NCBI GenBank assembly: GCA_038060895.1 | Contig: JBBTCT010000019.1 | Location: forward strand, 53,217 to 87,926 | Origin: Planctomycetota bacterium | GTDB lineage: Bacteria > Planctomycetota > MHYJ01 > WSZJ01 | Direction: 5' to 3' | DNA: 34,710 nucleotides | Shown: piece after piece, positions 27,058 through 34,710 of the stretch | How positions within the stretch are numbered: position 1 is the stretch's first letter | How the letters are laid out: each line of letters begins with the position of its first letter | Notes under the pieces: model-generated | Told to the model about the DNA's origin: nothing | Databases searched by the model: none | Seen by the model: only the letters and a program-made list of their open reading frames with translations | Program-made: the position numbers and the translations under genes

Positions 27058-27384
27058 ATGAACTGCATTTTCTGCAAGATCATCGCCGGCGAGATTGGAT
27101 CGGCGAAAGTCCTGGAGAACGACGAGGTGCTGGCGATTCGAGACCGCGCGCCCCAGGCGCCGGTGCACGTCCTGGTGATGCCGAAAGTGCACGTGGCGTC
27201 GCTGGCGGAGCTTGAGAATGGAAAGACTGCGGCGGCGCTCCTGCAGGCGGTCCGGGAGGTGGCGGCGAAGGAGGGATTGAAAGAGTTCAGAACAATCGCG
27301 AATTCCGGAGTGAGCGCGGGGCAGACGGTGTTCCACCTTCACCTGCATGTCATTGGCGGAAAAGCACTTGGGGCGCTTGGGTAG
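27058..27384 (+). CDS. HIT family (HinT-like) nucleotide-binding protein
   Basis: MNCIFCKII, PQAPVHVLVMPK and GQTVFHLHLHVIGG; SD AAGGAG. Confidence 0.93.
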   Translation: MNCIFCKIIAGEIGSAKVLENDEVLAIRDRAPQAPVHVLVMPKVHVASLAELENGKTAAALLQAVREVAAKEGLKEFRTIANSGVSAGQTVFHLHLHVIGGKALGALG

Positions 27385-27609
27385 TGTATTTCAAAATGAA
27401 ATATCAAAATGAAATGAAACTGCTGCGGTAGACGGCGCAGGTGGAAGCGAGAGATGTGAGTTGACCAGAGAAAATATCACCACGGCCGCTCCCATTCTCG
27501 GCCTTTTCTCCAGTCAACTCCCCGGTCCACCTCCCGTCCCCTCCCTTCCCCACCCTCAGCTTTGAACCACCTCCCCCTCGTTTTTCTCGCGCACCCATCC
27601 CGGCATCGC

Positions 27610-27638
27610 TTTACACCCTTCCCCTCCCTCCGTAGAAT
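27610..27638 (+). promoter_or_regulatory. Sigma70-type promoter of the pseudo-receiver gene
   Basis: TTTACA (27610-27615), 17-nt spacer, TAGAAT (27633-27638). Confidence 0.7.
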
Positions 27639-27675
27639 CCCCCGCTCTTCAAATCCCCCCAGAGGTCCACGCGAG

Positions 27676-28119
27676 ATGCACCAGGCCCCGATCAAGAACA
27701 TCCTCATCGTCGACGACATCGTCGACGACCTTCTCATGTTCGAGGACTGCATCGAAGAGATGGGAAACATCCCCCATCTGGCGCTCACGCCCCAGGACGC
27801 GCGCGAGAGCCTCAAGAAAATCCTCCCGGACCTCGTCGTGTGGAACACGGACGTCCCGAAGTCCTGGGACGAGCTCAAACTCTTCTTCAAGAACCGCGCT
27901 TACCGCGAAGTCCCCGTGATCGCCATCGTCGGCGCCAACAACGAGCGCGCCGCCGAGCAGGCCCTCAAGCTGGGCTGCATCGGACTCATGCGCAAGCCGA
28001 TCGCTGAAGGCGTTGTCGCTGAGGTCCTGACGCAGGGGCTGAGGCCGCAGAAGTCGGTCACCCGGAAACTCGCGCGGCATGCCGTGGCCACCAAGGTGAA
28101 GAAAGTGGCGCGGCGCTGA
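27676..28119 (+). CDS. Single-domain response regulator receiver, atypical (Asn at the phospho-acceptor position)
   Basis: ILIVDD, PDLVVWNTDVP (canonical PDLILLD..MP), VPVIAIV and RKP; basic C-terminal tail. Confidence 0.75.
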   Translation: MHQAPIKNILIVDDIVDDLLMFEDCIEEMGNIPHLALTPQDARESLKKILPDLVVWNTDVPKSWDELKLFFKNRAYREVPVIAIVGANNERAAEQALKLGCIGLMRKPIAEGVVAEVLTQGLRPQKSVTRKLARHAVATKVKKVARR

Positions 28120-28137
28120 AATCGCCGGAGACAAAAT

Positions 28138-28168
28138 AAAAACCGCGGCAATCGCCGCGGTTTTTTTT
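28138..28168. terminator. Bidirectional Rho-independent terminator
   Basis: AAAAA-CCGCGGC-AATC-GCCGCGG-TTTTTTTT between convergent genes. Confidence 0.88.
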
Positions 28169-28187
28169 GTCCCGTCCGACTCGCCTA

Positions 28188-28352
28188 AGTAGCTCCTCGG
28201 AGATTCTGGCCCATTCAGCCGCCGCGAATTTCGCCGGTCCCGCAAGGAGGAGACCGGAACTGGAGCGGAACGGAGCTCCAGTGAGGATCGACGACGACGC
28301 GGGACGGCGAAAGGCGCGCGGATGGATGGGCCAGAATCTTCGAGGAGCTACT
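28188..28352. mobile_element. MITE-like element (165 bp) with ~35-bp terminal inverted repeats and TA target duplication
   Basis: AGTAGCTCCTCGGAGATTCTGGCCCATTCAGCCGC vs reverse complement of the right end, 32/35 identical; TA at 28186-87 and 28353-54; empty site would read CCTAGG. Confidence 0.75.
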
Positions 28353-29614
28353 TAGGGGAAGATCCCGCGCTCCACGTACGCCGCCTCAATCCGCTGCAAC
28401 CCCACCGCGTACGCCGCCGTCCGGAGGTCGCACTTCAGGCGCTTCGCCTCCTTCTTCACGTTCACGCACGCGCGCGTCAGCAGCTTCTTCAACTTCTCGT
28501 CCACTTCGTCCAGGTCCCAGTGCTCGCTGCGCTTGTTCTGGATCCACTCGAAGTAGCTGACGATGACGCCCCCCGCATTGCAGAGCACGTCCGGGATGAT
28601 GGTCACGCCGCGCTCGTTCAGCTTCTTGTCGGCCGAGGAAGTGATCGGGCCGTTCGCGCCCTCCGCGATGATTCTTGCGTCGATCCAGTCGACGTTGCCG
28701 TCGTGAATCTGGTTTTCGAAGGCGCCCGGGACAAGGATATCGACCTTCGTCTTCCAGAACTCCTCGGGGGTGCAGGCGTCCGCTTCCGGGTACCCCTTGA
28801 TCCCGCCGGTCTTCTTCGCGTATTCCATCAGGGCCTTCGCGTCGATTCCCTTCGCGCTCCGGATGGAGCCGGTGTGGTCCTGCACGGCCAGGAGTTTCGC
28901 GCCGCGTTCGGCGATGAGGACGGAGCCCCACGAGCCGACATTGCCGAACCCCTGCATGGAGAAGGTGCACTGGGAGAGTTCGATTTTCAGGTCCTTGGCG
29001 ACGTTTTCGAGCGTGATCTGAACGCCCTGCCCGGTCGCCTTCTCGCGTCCCTCGGATCCGCCGCACGTCAGGGACTTCCCGGTGACGACTCCCCAGCTCG
29101 CCTGCCGCGTGGAGGTTGCCTGCGAATTCATGAACGTGTCCATCATGAGGACCATCGTGTGGGCGTTGGTCCCGACGTCGGGGGCCGGGATGTCGTGCTC
29201 GGGGCCGATGTTGGAGCCGAGGGCGCTCGTGAAGCGGCGAGTGATGCGGGTGACCTCGTTGGCGGAGAACGCCTTGGGGTCTACGGCCACGCCGCCCTTG
29301 GCACCGCCGAGCGGGAGGCCTGAAAGCGCCGTCTTGAAGGTCATCCACGCCGCCAACGCGCGCACTTCGTCAGTGTTGACCGCAGGGTGGTATCGGATCC
29401 CCCCCTTGAAGGGGCCCAGCACGTTGTTGTGCTGGATCCGGTAGCCCGTTAAGACCTTGTACTCGCCGTTGTCGAGGAGCACCGGGAAGTTGACCACGAC
29501 TTCGTTCTTCGGGTGACGCAGGATTTCCCGGACATACGGGGTCAGCTTGATGACGTCAGCCGCGCGCTCGAATTGCTGCACGGCGGTTTCGAACAGCGAA
29601 GGGCCCTGGGCCAT
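28352..29614 (-). CDS. gdhA: Glu/Leu/Phe/Val dehydrogenase (glutamate dehydrogenase)
   Basis: GPFKGGIRYHP, GGAKGG, DIPAPDVGT, GGSEGREKATGQG, QGFGNVG, EGANGP and NAGGVIVSYFEW; SD AAGGAG before ATG 29614. Confidence 0.93.
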   Translation of the reverse strand: MAQGPSLFETAVQQFERAADVIKLTPYVREILRHPKNEVVVNFPVLLDNGEYKVLTGYRIQHNNVLGPFKGGIRYHPAVNTDEVRALAAWMTFKTALSGLPLGGAKGGVAVDPKAFSANEVTRITRRFTSALGSNIGPEHDIPAPDVGTNAHTMVLMMDTFMNSQATSTRQASWGVVTGKSLTCGGSEGREKATGQGVQITLENVAKDLKIELSQCTFSMQGFGNVGSWGSVLIAERGAKLLAVQDHTGSIRSAKGIDAKALMEYAKKTGGIKGYPEADACTPEEFWKTKVDILVPGAFENQIHDGNVDWIDARIIAEGANGPITSSADKKLNERGVTIIPDVLCNAGGVIVSYFEWIQNKRSEHWDLDEVDEKLKKLLTRACVNVKKEAKRLKCDLRTAAYAVGLQRIEAAYVERGIFP

Positions 29615-29642
29615 GGTTGCGAAGCTCCTTTGGAGTCGGGGC

Positions 29643-29672
29643 ATTGTAGAGATGCGGGTCAATTTCGGTCAA
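29643..29672 (-). promoter_or_regulatory. Sigma70-type promoter of gdhA
   Basis: Minus strand TTGACC (29672-29667), 18-nt spacer, TACAAT (29648-29643). Confidence 0.7.
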
Positions 29673-29754
29673 TTCGGGGGCGTGGAGCTACTTTGGGTTT
29701 GGCGTTCCGGAAGTTGAGTTCCCCACCGCCACCGTAGTTACACTCGCCACCCCG

Positions 29755-31527
29755 ATGTCCAGCCCCCGCCTCGACTTCGAGCCCCTCCGGCGCCGCGCCC
29801 TCGAACGCCTCGAGTCCCTCGCCGCGGCGCTCAACTCCGCCCGCGTGCCGGGCTGGGCCGACTCCGCGGGCCTGGCCGCCGCCGCACTGGCCGAGGCCCG
29901 GAAGCGCCTCGACGACCACGTCCGCTTCCGCCTCGGGCGCGGAATCGGGGCACCTGCGATCGTCGTGCTGTACGGCGGAACTGGAGTCGGCAAATCCACG
30001 ATCCTCAACACCCTCGCGGGTCGCCCCGTGACGGAAACTTCGTCCCGCAGGCCCTGCACGACCGAACCACTTCTCTATCACCATCGATCCGCGGCCGCCG
30101 ATCTCGAAGCGCCGGAGTTTCTTCCGTCTTACTCGAAAAAAGCGTCAACCCCGGGGCAGCCAAAGGCCGGCTCCATGGCCGTCGAACTCCTCCCGCACGA
30201 CGACGCGGCCCTCGCTTCCGTCGTCCTCGTGGATGCGCCCGACTACGATTCCGTCGAGCGCGAAAACCGCCGGGTCGCCGAGGACCTCTACCGGCTCGCC
30301 GACCTCGTGATTTTCGTCGTCAATCCTTCCAAGTACGCTGACGAAGAGACCTGGAAGGCGATCCGCCGCGCAAAGACCGACGGCAAGGCGTGCGCTTTCG
30401 TTTTCAACCGTGCGGAACCAGGTGATGCCGCACTCGAGGATTTCCGGCGACTGCTGGAGGGAGTAGAAGCGGTGGAGCTGCCGCGCGACCCGGCCGCGGC
30501 CGGCGCCGGGCTCCTCGCGGATCCCGTGGCCCGCGGCCGGCTCGAAGGCATCCTCAAGCGCTTTCTCCTCGGCGACGCCGCCGACCGCCTTCGTCTCGCC
30601 GAACTTCGCCGCTCGTGGCGCGCGCTTTCGGACTCTCTCGACGACCCCGTGCTGGTGGCGCTTCGGCACGCCGCCGTTGCGATGCGGTCGGGACGATCCG
30701 CGGGCGCGACGGAAGCGAAGCTCACGGAGACGGCGCTGCTCGAGGAAGTCAAGCTCGACCAGGCCAACGACCTCGAACGCGTGTCGCAGGCCGTCCGTGA
30801 GCACCTCTTTTCCGTCGTCGGATTCCTCTCGAACAAGGTCATCGGTCCCCTCACGGCGCTGTTCGACCGGGTCACGGGATCCCTCGGCCGCGCGATCTCG
30901 AAAAACCGCCCCGCGATCGAGAATGCGATCGCCCGCGTCCACGAGAACAACCGCCAGGCCGCACGCAAACATCTCGGCCTCGCCCACGAACGGCTCGCGA
31001 AATCTCTCGGCTCCACGCCCGCCGGCGCGGCCTTCGCCGCTTCAAACGCCTTCTCCTCGGCCCTCCTGCCCGCGTCAGAAGTCGAAAGCCGCTACGAAAA
31101 GGGGCTGGCCGAGTTCGACGCGTGGAAAAAAGAGGAATTCCAGCGCCTCGTCGGCGACATCAAGGGCAAGAAGAGCGTCCAGCTCTTCGTCATGCAGATC
31201 CTCTACGTCAGCCTTAGCGTCACCTGCATGGCCCACACGGGCGGCGCGTTCAGCCTCGTCGAGGGGCTCCTCGCGGGCCCGCTCTTCGTCTTCCTCGACA
31301 AGGTCTTCGTCGGCGCGATCAACTGGGACCTCGTGCGCGACCTCGAAAAGCGCGGGCGCGAACGCTTCCTGAAAATCTTCTCCGACCTCGCGAAAGCGCA
31401 GGGCGCGCGCTGGACCGAGGCTTTCGCGAAGGAAGACGCCGGACTCGCGGGCCTCCCCGGTCTCGAAATCGATCTGGAAGACCTCCGCCGCGACATGCCC
31501 GCGCTCCTGGACGCGCTCGAAAAATGA
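29755..31527 (+). CDS. Dynamin-like / YfjP-type GTPase 1
   Basis: G1 GGTGVGKST, G2 RRPCTT, G3-like DAPDYDS, G4-like FNRAE; long helical C-terminal region with hydrophobic hairpin. Confidence 0.8.
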   Translation: MSSPRLDFEPLRRRALERLESLAAALNSARVPGWADSAGLAAAALAEARKRLDDHVRFRLGRGIGAPAIVVLYGGTGVGKSTILNTLAGRPVTETSSRRPCTTEPLLYHHRSAAADLEAPEFLPSYSKKASTPGQPKAGSMAVELLPHDDAALASVVLVDAPDYDSVERENRRVAEDLYRLADLVIFVVNPSKYADEETWKAIRRAKTDGKACAFVFNRAEPGDAALEDFRRLLEGVEAVELPRDPAAAGAGLLADPVARGRLEGILKRFLLGDAADRLRLAELRRSWRALSDSLDDPVLVALRHAAVAMRSGRSAGATEAKLTETALLEEVKLDQANDLERVSQAVREHLFSVVGFLSNKVIGPLTALFDRVTGSLGRAISKNRPAIENAIARVHENNRQAARKHLGLAHERLAKSLGSTPAGAAFAASNAFSSALLPASEVESRYEKGLAEFDAWKKEEFQRLVGDIKGKKSVQLFVMQILYVSLSVTCMAHTGGAFSLVEGLLAGPLFVFLDKVFVGAINWDLVRDLEKRGRERFLKIFSDLAKAQGARWTEAFAKEDAGLAGLPGLEIDLEDLRRDMPALLDALEK

Positions 31528-33134
31528 ACACCTTCAAGGAAGCGCTTCTCGCCTGGCTCGACCGCGCGTCCGCGTTCATCGCGGAGTCGCGCGCGCTCGA
31601 AGTGCGCGAGCCTGCGTTGAAGGCGCTTGCGGATGCGAAGGCGCGGGTGGAAGCGCTGGATCGGCCGCTTCGCGCGGTCCTGCTGGGCGGGACCGGCGTC
31701 GGCAAATCATCGCTGATCAACGCGATCGCCGGCCGCGCGGTCAGCGAGGCCTCGCGCCGCCGGCCGACCACGGCCCAACCCGCAGCCTACGTCCACGCGG
31801 CCCACGCCGCCGAAGCGGCGGACTTCGCGCCGGAGATCCGCGCGGAGGCGCACGGCGAGGAGGAATTGCGGCACCTGGTTCTCGTCGACATGCCCGACTT
31901 CGATTCGCGCGCCACCGAGCACCGCGCCCTCGTCGACCGCATTCTGCCGCGCGCCGACTTCGCGCTCTGGGTCGTCGACCCCGACAAGTACAACGACGGT
32001 CTCCTCCACCGCGAGTACCTGTCGCGTGAAGCGAAGCTGCGCGAGCGGTTCGTCGTGGTGTTCAACAAGGCGGACGCGCTCCCGCGGGAGCAGCTCAACC
32101 TCTGCCTCGACGATCTCACGGCGACGCTTCGCGGCGACGGCATTCCCGCGCCGCAGATTTTTGCCGTCTCCGCGCTTCAGGGCGCCGCGCACGCGGGGTT
32201 CGCCGAGTTCGCCGAGTTCCTCCGCACGAAATTCACCGAGAAATTCGTCCGCGAACTCAAGGCCGCCGACGTCTTCCGCTTCCTCCAGAACACCGCCCGT
32301 GCCGTCGGCGACGCGCTCGCCCTCCCCGGCCGCCTCGAGCAGCTCCGTGCCGAAGAAGCCGCCCTCTCCGGCCGCCAGGAAGAATTCCTCCGCTGGCTGC
32401 GCATCCAGCTCGGTCCGGACATTTTCACCCGCGACCTGACCAGGGCCATTCGCGACCGTTTCCGCGACCGCTTCGCCTCTCTCCTCCCCGGCCCCGTCGG
32501 AATGGTCGCCGAGTGGCGCTTCAGACCCGCCGCCGTGAAGGACTGGCGCGAGCTCGCCGGGCAGATCCGGATCGAAGCGGGCGCCGCCGCGGGCCAGAAG
32601 GTGCACTCGCGGATCTGGAACGACCACCACGACGCCGAGGCGTTCTTCAGGAAGCTCCCCGAAATCTGCCGCCCGCCCGGCGCTCCGGATCAGGAGACCT
32701 TCGCGAAAATGAAGGAGGACGCGCTTCTGCGTCTCGAGGAAGAGCTCGCGCGCGAGCACGAAGGCCAGCGCTGGCGCGGCAAGGGCAAGGTCGCGCAGCA
32801 CGTCCTCCCCGCGACGGCCGCGGGCGGCTGCGGCGCGGCCGCCGCCACCTTCGCCACCGAGCTCGCCGCCGCCGGCGCGCTCTTCGAAACCATCGCCGCC
32901 GCCGGCATCGCTCCCATCGGCCTCTACTTCTTCGAATCCATCCTCGCCCGCCGCGACGTCTCCCGCGCCGCCCGCGAGGTCGCCGAGCGCGCCGCCGACC
33001 ATTTCCGCACAAGCCTCGAGGCGATCTATCGCCGAAGCGTCACGATCCCGCTCCTGGAGTCGTTCGAGAAAGTCCGTGGCGAGTACTCCGCCTGGCGCTC
33101 CCTCCACGCCGAACTCGAAGGACTCGTGAAGTGA
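31524..33134 (+). CDS. Dynamin-like / YfjP-type GTPase 2
   Basis: G1 GGTGVGKSS, G2 RRPTT, DMPDFDS, VVDPDKYND, G4 NKAD and FAVSA; ATGA overlap with GTPase 1. Confidence 0.8.
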   Translation: MNTFKEALLAWLDRASAFIAESRALEVREPALKALADAKARVEALDRPLRAVLLGGTGVGKSSLINAIAGRAVSEASRRRPTTAQPAAYVHAAHAAEAADFAPEIRAEAHGEEELRHLVLVDMPDFDSRATEHRALVDRILPRADFALWVVDPDKYNDGLLHREYLSREAKLRERFVVVFNKADALPREQLNLCLDDLTATLRGDGIPAPQIFAVSALQGAAHAGFAEFAEFLRTKFTEKFVRELKAADVFRFLQNTARAVGDALALPGRLEQLRAEEAALSGRQEEFLRWLRIQLGPDIFTRDLTRAIRDRFRDRFASLLPGPVGMVAEWRFRPAAVKDWRELAGQIRIEAGAAAGQKVHSRIWNDHHDAEAFFRKLPEICRPPGAPDQETFAKMKEDALLRLEEELAREHEGQRWRGKGKVAQHVLPATAAGGCGAAAATFATELAAAGALFETIAAAGIAPIGLYFFESILARRDVSRAAREVAERAADHFRTSLEAIYRRSVTIPLLESFEKVRGEYSAWRSLHAELEGLVK

Positions 33135-33418
33135 GCTTCCCGTGCTCGAAATGTGGCGAGCCGCTCGTGAACTCGCGGAAGCGCGACATGGTCTACGAGA
33201 TGACGGGGCGCTTCTCGACGATGGCCTACCTGTTTCCGCGCGTCTTCTGCCCGAAGTGCGGGCGGGATCTACCGGAAGCGGAGTGGCCGCCCGAGTTGAG
33301 GTGGCGGATCAAGTCGTTCCGCGGGAAGTACGTCGGGTTCGGAATCGGGCTGCTCGTGGTGTTCGTCTATCTGTACTTCGCGAAGGACATCGCGTTCTGG
33401 TGGTCGCACAGGAAGTAG
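33131..33418 (+). CDS. Small Zn-ribbon protein with C-terminal TM helix (95 aa)
   Basis: GTGA overlap; CSKC...CPKC; TM YVGFGIGLLVVFVYLYFA. Confidence 0.75.
   Translation: MSFPCSKCGEPLVNSRKRDMVYEMTGRFSTMAYLFPRVFCPKCGRDLPEAEWPPELRWRIKSFRGKYVGFGIGLLVVFVYLYFAKDIAFWWSHRK
33374..33418 (+). repeat. 45-bp direct repeat, copy 1 (3' end of the Zn-ribbon gene; att-like)
   Basis: TACTTCGCGAAGGACATCGCGTTCTGGTGGTCGCACAGGAAGTAG, identical to 34249-34293. Confidence 0.95.
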
Positions 33419-33444
33419 TACGGACTCAAACTGCGCCGACGCGC

Positions 33445-34236
33445 TTAGCGCCGTTTCGCATATCCAGGAACCGCTTGCAGTATCAAGAATGCGAATTCCC
33501 TCTCGGGTTCGGACGGAGTTCGGCCTAGCTCCATGTTGGGTTCCGGCTCCAGGTAGGCCTCGAGCCTCTCAATCGCCCTGGGCTCGCCCGCGCGAGCACA
33601 CTGAGTGACCCAGCAAAGTTTCTCCTGGGGACCGACCGCAAGACCGTCGTAAGCATCGACCCGGGTATGGCCCCTCACGGGCGGCATCCTGACCCAGAGA
33701 CGCGGCACAATTCGTGGATCCGTATCGGACTCGGCGACATCGGGCTTCAAGAGCGCGAGGGCTTCCTCGACTCGGGGTAGCGGGTACTCCCGGTCGAGCC
33801 CATAGGACTTCACGACCAGGTTGGACTTCATCCACGAGTCGCGCGCGGCGTCCGCGTCCAGCCTTGACCACAAGACGGCGTCGCGTGAGGCGCTGCGGAC
33901 CTCCGCGTCGGCGTCCGTGCTCAGGTGGAGAGAGAGGGCGAACGTCGCTTCATTCCGGATCCCACCTTGCGACGCGGCCGCCAGGAGATTTGCAAGGAAT
34001 CTGCGGCGCGATGGGTCAGGAGAAACGGGCGCCCGACCGAGCGGCGCGGCAGCGGCGGGACCGAGTACTCCAAGGAACGCGAGAGCTTCGGTCTCTGGAA
34101 ACGGGTCGCTTGAAGCAAGTCGCTCCTCAAATCGCGTGGCCAGCCTGTCGGTCGGGCCGCGTGGTGGCGCGCGCTTGGCACACCCCGCGGCGAGCAAGAG
34201 GAGAGCGCCTGACAAGGTGAGCGACGGCGTTCGCAT
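33445..34236 (-). CDS. Hypothetical lipoprotein with HEAT-like helical segments
   Basis: Lipobox LLLLAAG|C; DADAEVRSAS and GEPRAIERLE HEAT-like motifs; TAGAAT 6 nt before ATG. Confidence 0.7.
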   Translation of the reverse strand: MRTPSLTLSGALLLLAAGCAKRAPPRGPTDRLATRFEERLASSDPFPETEALAFLGVLGPAAAAPLGRAPVSPDPSRRRFLANLLAAASQGGIRNEATFALSLHLSTDADAEVRSASRDAVLWSRLDADAARDSWMKSNLVVKSYGLDREYPLPRVEEALALLKPDVAESDTDPRIVPRLWVRMPPVRGHTRVDAYDGLAVGPQEKLCWVTQCARAGEPRAIERLEAYLEPEPNMELGRTPSEPEREFAFLILQAVPGYAKRR

Positions 34237-34248
34237 GGCTCAATTCTA

Positions 34249-34293
34249 TACTTCGCGAAGGACATCGCGTTCTGGTGGTCGCACAGGAAGTAG
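34249..34293 (+). repeat. 45-bp direct repeat, copy 2
   Basis: Exact copy of 33374-33418. Confidence 0.95.
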
Positions 34294-34335
34294 CCGGTGG
34301 CACAGGCCGGTCTGAAGCCAACAGAATCACATTCG

Positions 34336-34611
34336 TCAGTCCAGGACGGTCACGAACCCACGCGTCCACTGATCCTCGTCCAGTGCGTACTGCGAGATCT
34401 CGAAACCCCGCGGGAATTGCGCGAAACCCGGTCGGCGCCGAAGTCTTTTCGCGGCGGCTCGAGCCGCGTTCCTGCTCGAATAGACGCCGATCAGCTTCAC
34501 GTCCTCATCCCCGCCACCGAGTCGGCGGACGTGATGGACGATCCAAACGAGGGAGCGATCGCTCGATCCCTCGCCTGACTTGCGCTTGGGACCTCGGGCC
34601 GAGCGAGGCAT
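34336..34611 (-). CDS. Small conserved hypothetical protein (DUF7336-like, recognised from memory)
   Basis: SD AAGGAG; motif EDVKLIGVYSS..AA..A..RL...PGF...P.GF.I..Y.LD.D.W..GF. Confidence 0.7.
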   Translation of the reverse strand: MPRSARGPKRKSGEGSSDRSLVWIVHHVRRLGGGDEDVKLIGVYSSRNAARAAAKRLRRRPGFAQFPRGFEISQYALDEDQWTRGFVTVLD

Positions 34612-34710
34612 AGGTTCTCCTTTAGCCAATAGGAACTTGGAAACCGCTCCCCTTGCCGGCAGGGAGCCCGTTTTCCCATTCGGCCGGCCCGTATCGCCCC
34701 CCGGGGGGCG

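Noticed and set aside
32513-33130. N-terminal 206 aa of the 301-aa ORF
   Set aside because: Out-of-frame overlap with GTPase 2; only the GTG-started last 95 aa look like a real protein.
33419-34335. Integron cassette with attC sites
   Set aside because: No convincing RYYYAAC...GTTRRRY imperfect palindrome or intI found; the boundaries are direct repeats of coding sequence.
34640-34676. Hairpin near the window end as a terminator
   Set aside because: Imperfect stem with weak U-tract, and the upstream gene lies outside the window, so it cannot be supported.

Overview
High-GC bacterial chromosomal window with about 35 CDS and no rRNA, tRNA or CRISPR. Zn-ribbon/PrsW architecture and many lipoproteins suggest a Planctomycetota-like diderm, but this is inference only. 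From left to right it holds: (1) an acyl-CoA/aromatic-type catabolic run (ALDH, two crotonases, Zn-dehydrogenase, CstA, 3-hydroxyacyl-CoA dehydrogenase, alpha/beta hydrolase) punctuated by hairpins built from 7-nt tandem repeats; (2) a double-Zn-ribbon PrsW protease, then four divergent paralogs of an unrecognised lipoprotein family with a variable central hydrophobic insert, interleaved with a secreted HExxH metallopeptidase; (3) a radical SAM/SPASM gene, an orphan mini flagellar-rod-like gene, RibD-C/PaaI/Nudix genes and an Xre-RES toxin-antitoxin pair with operators; (4) housekeeping trxB, elbB, gabD, aspA and moaA, with moaA coupled to a cyclase-STAND-TPR protein; (5) HIT, a pseudo-receiver protein, and a 165-bp TA-flanked MITE inserted at the gdhA stop codon; (6) a translationally coupled pair of dynamin-like GTPases plus a Zn-ribbon membrane protein, whose last 45 bp are exactly duplicated around a single-gene lipoprotein cassette. 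Many genes have a TAnnnT -10 box only 6-8 nt before the start codon, suggesting widespread leaderless mRNAs. All calls come from reading motifs by eye; no database searches were run.
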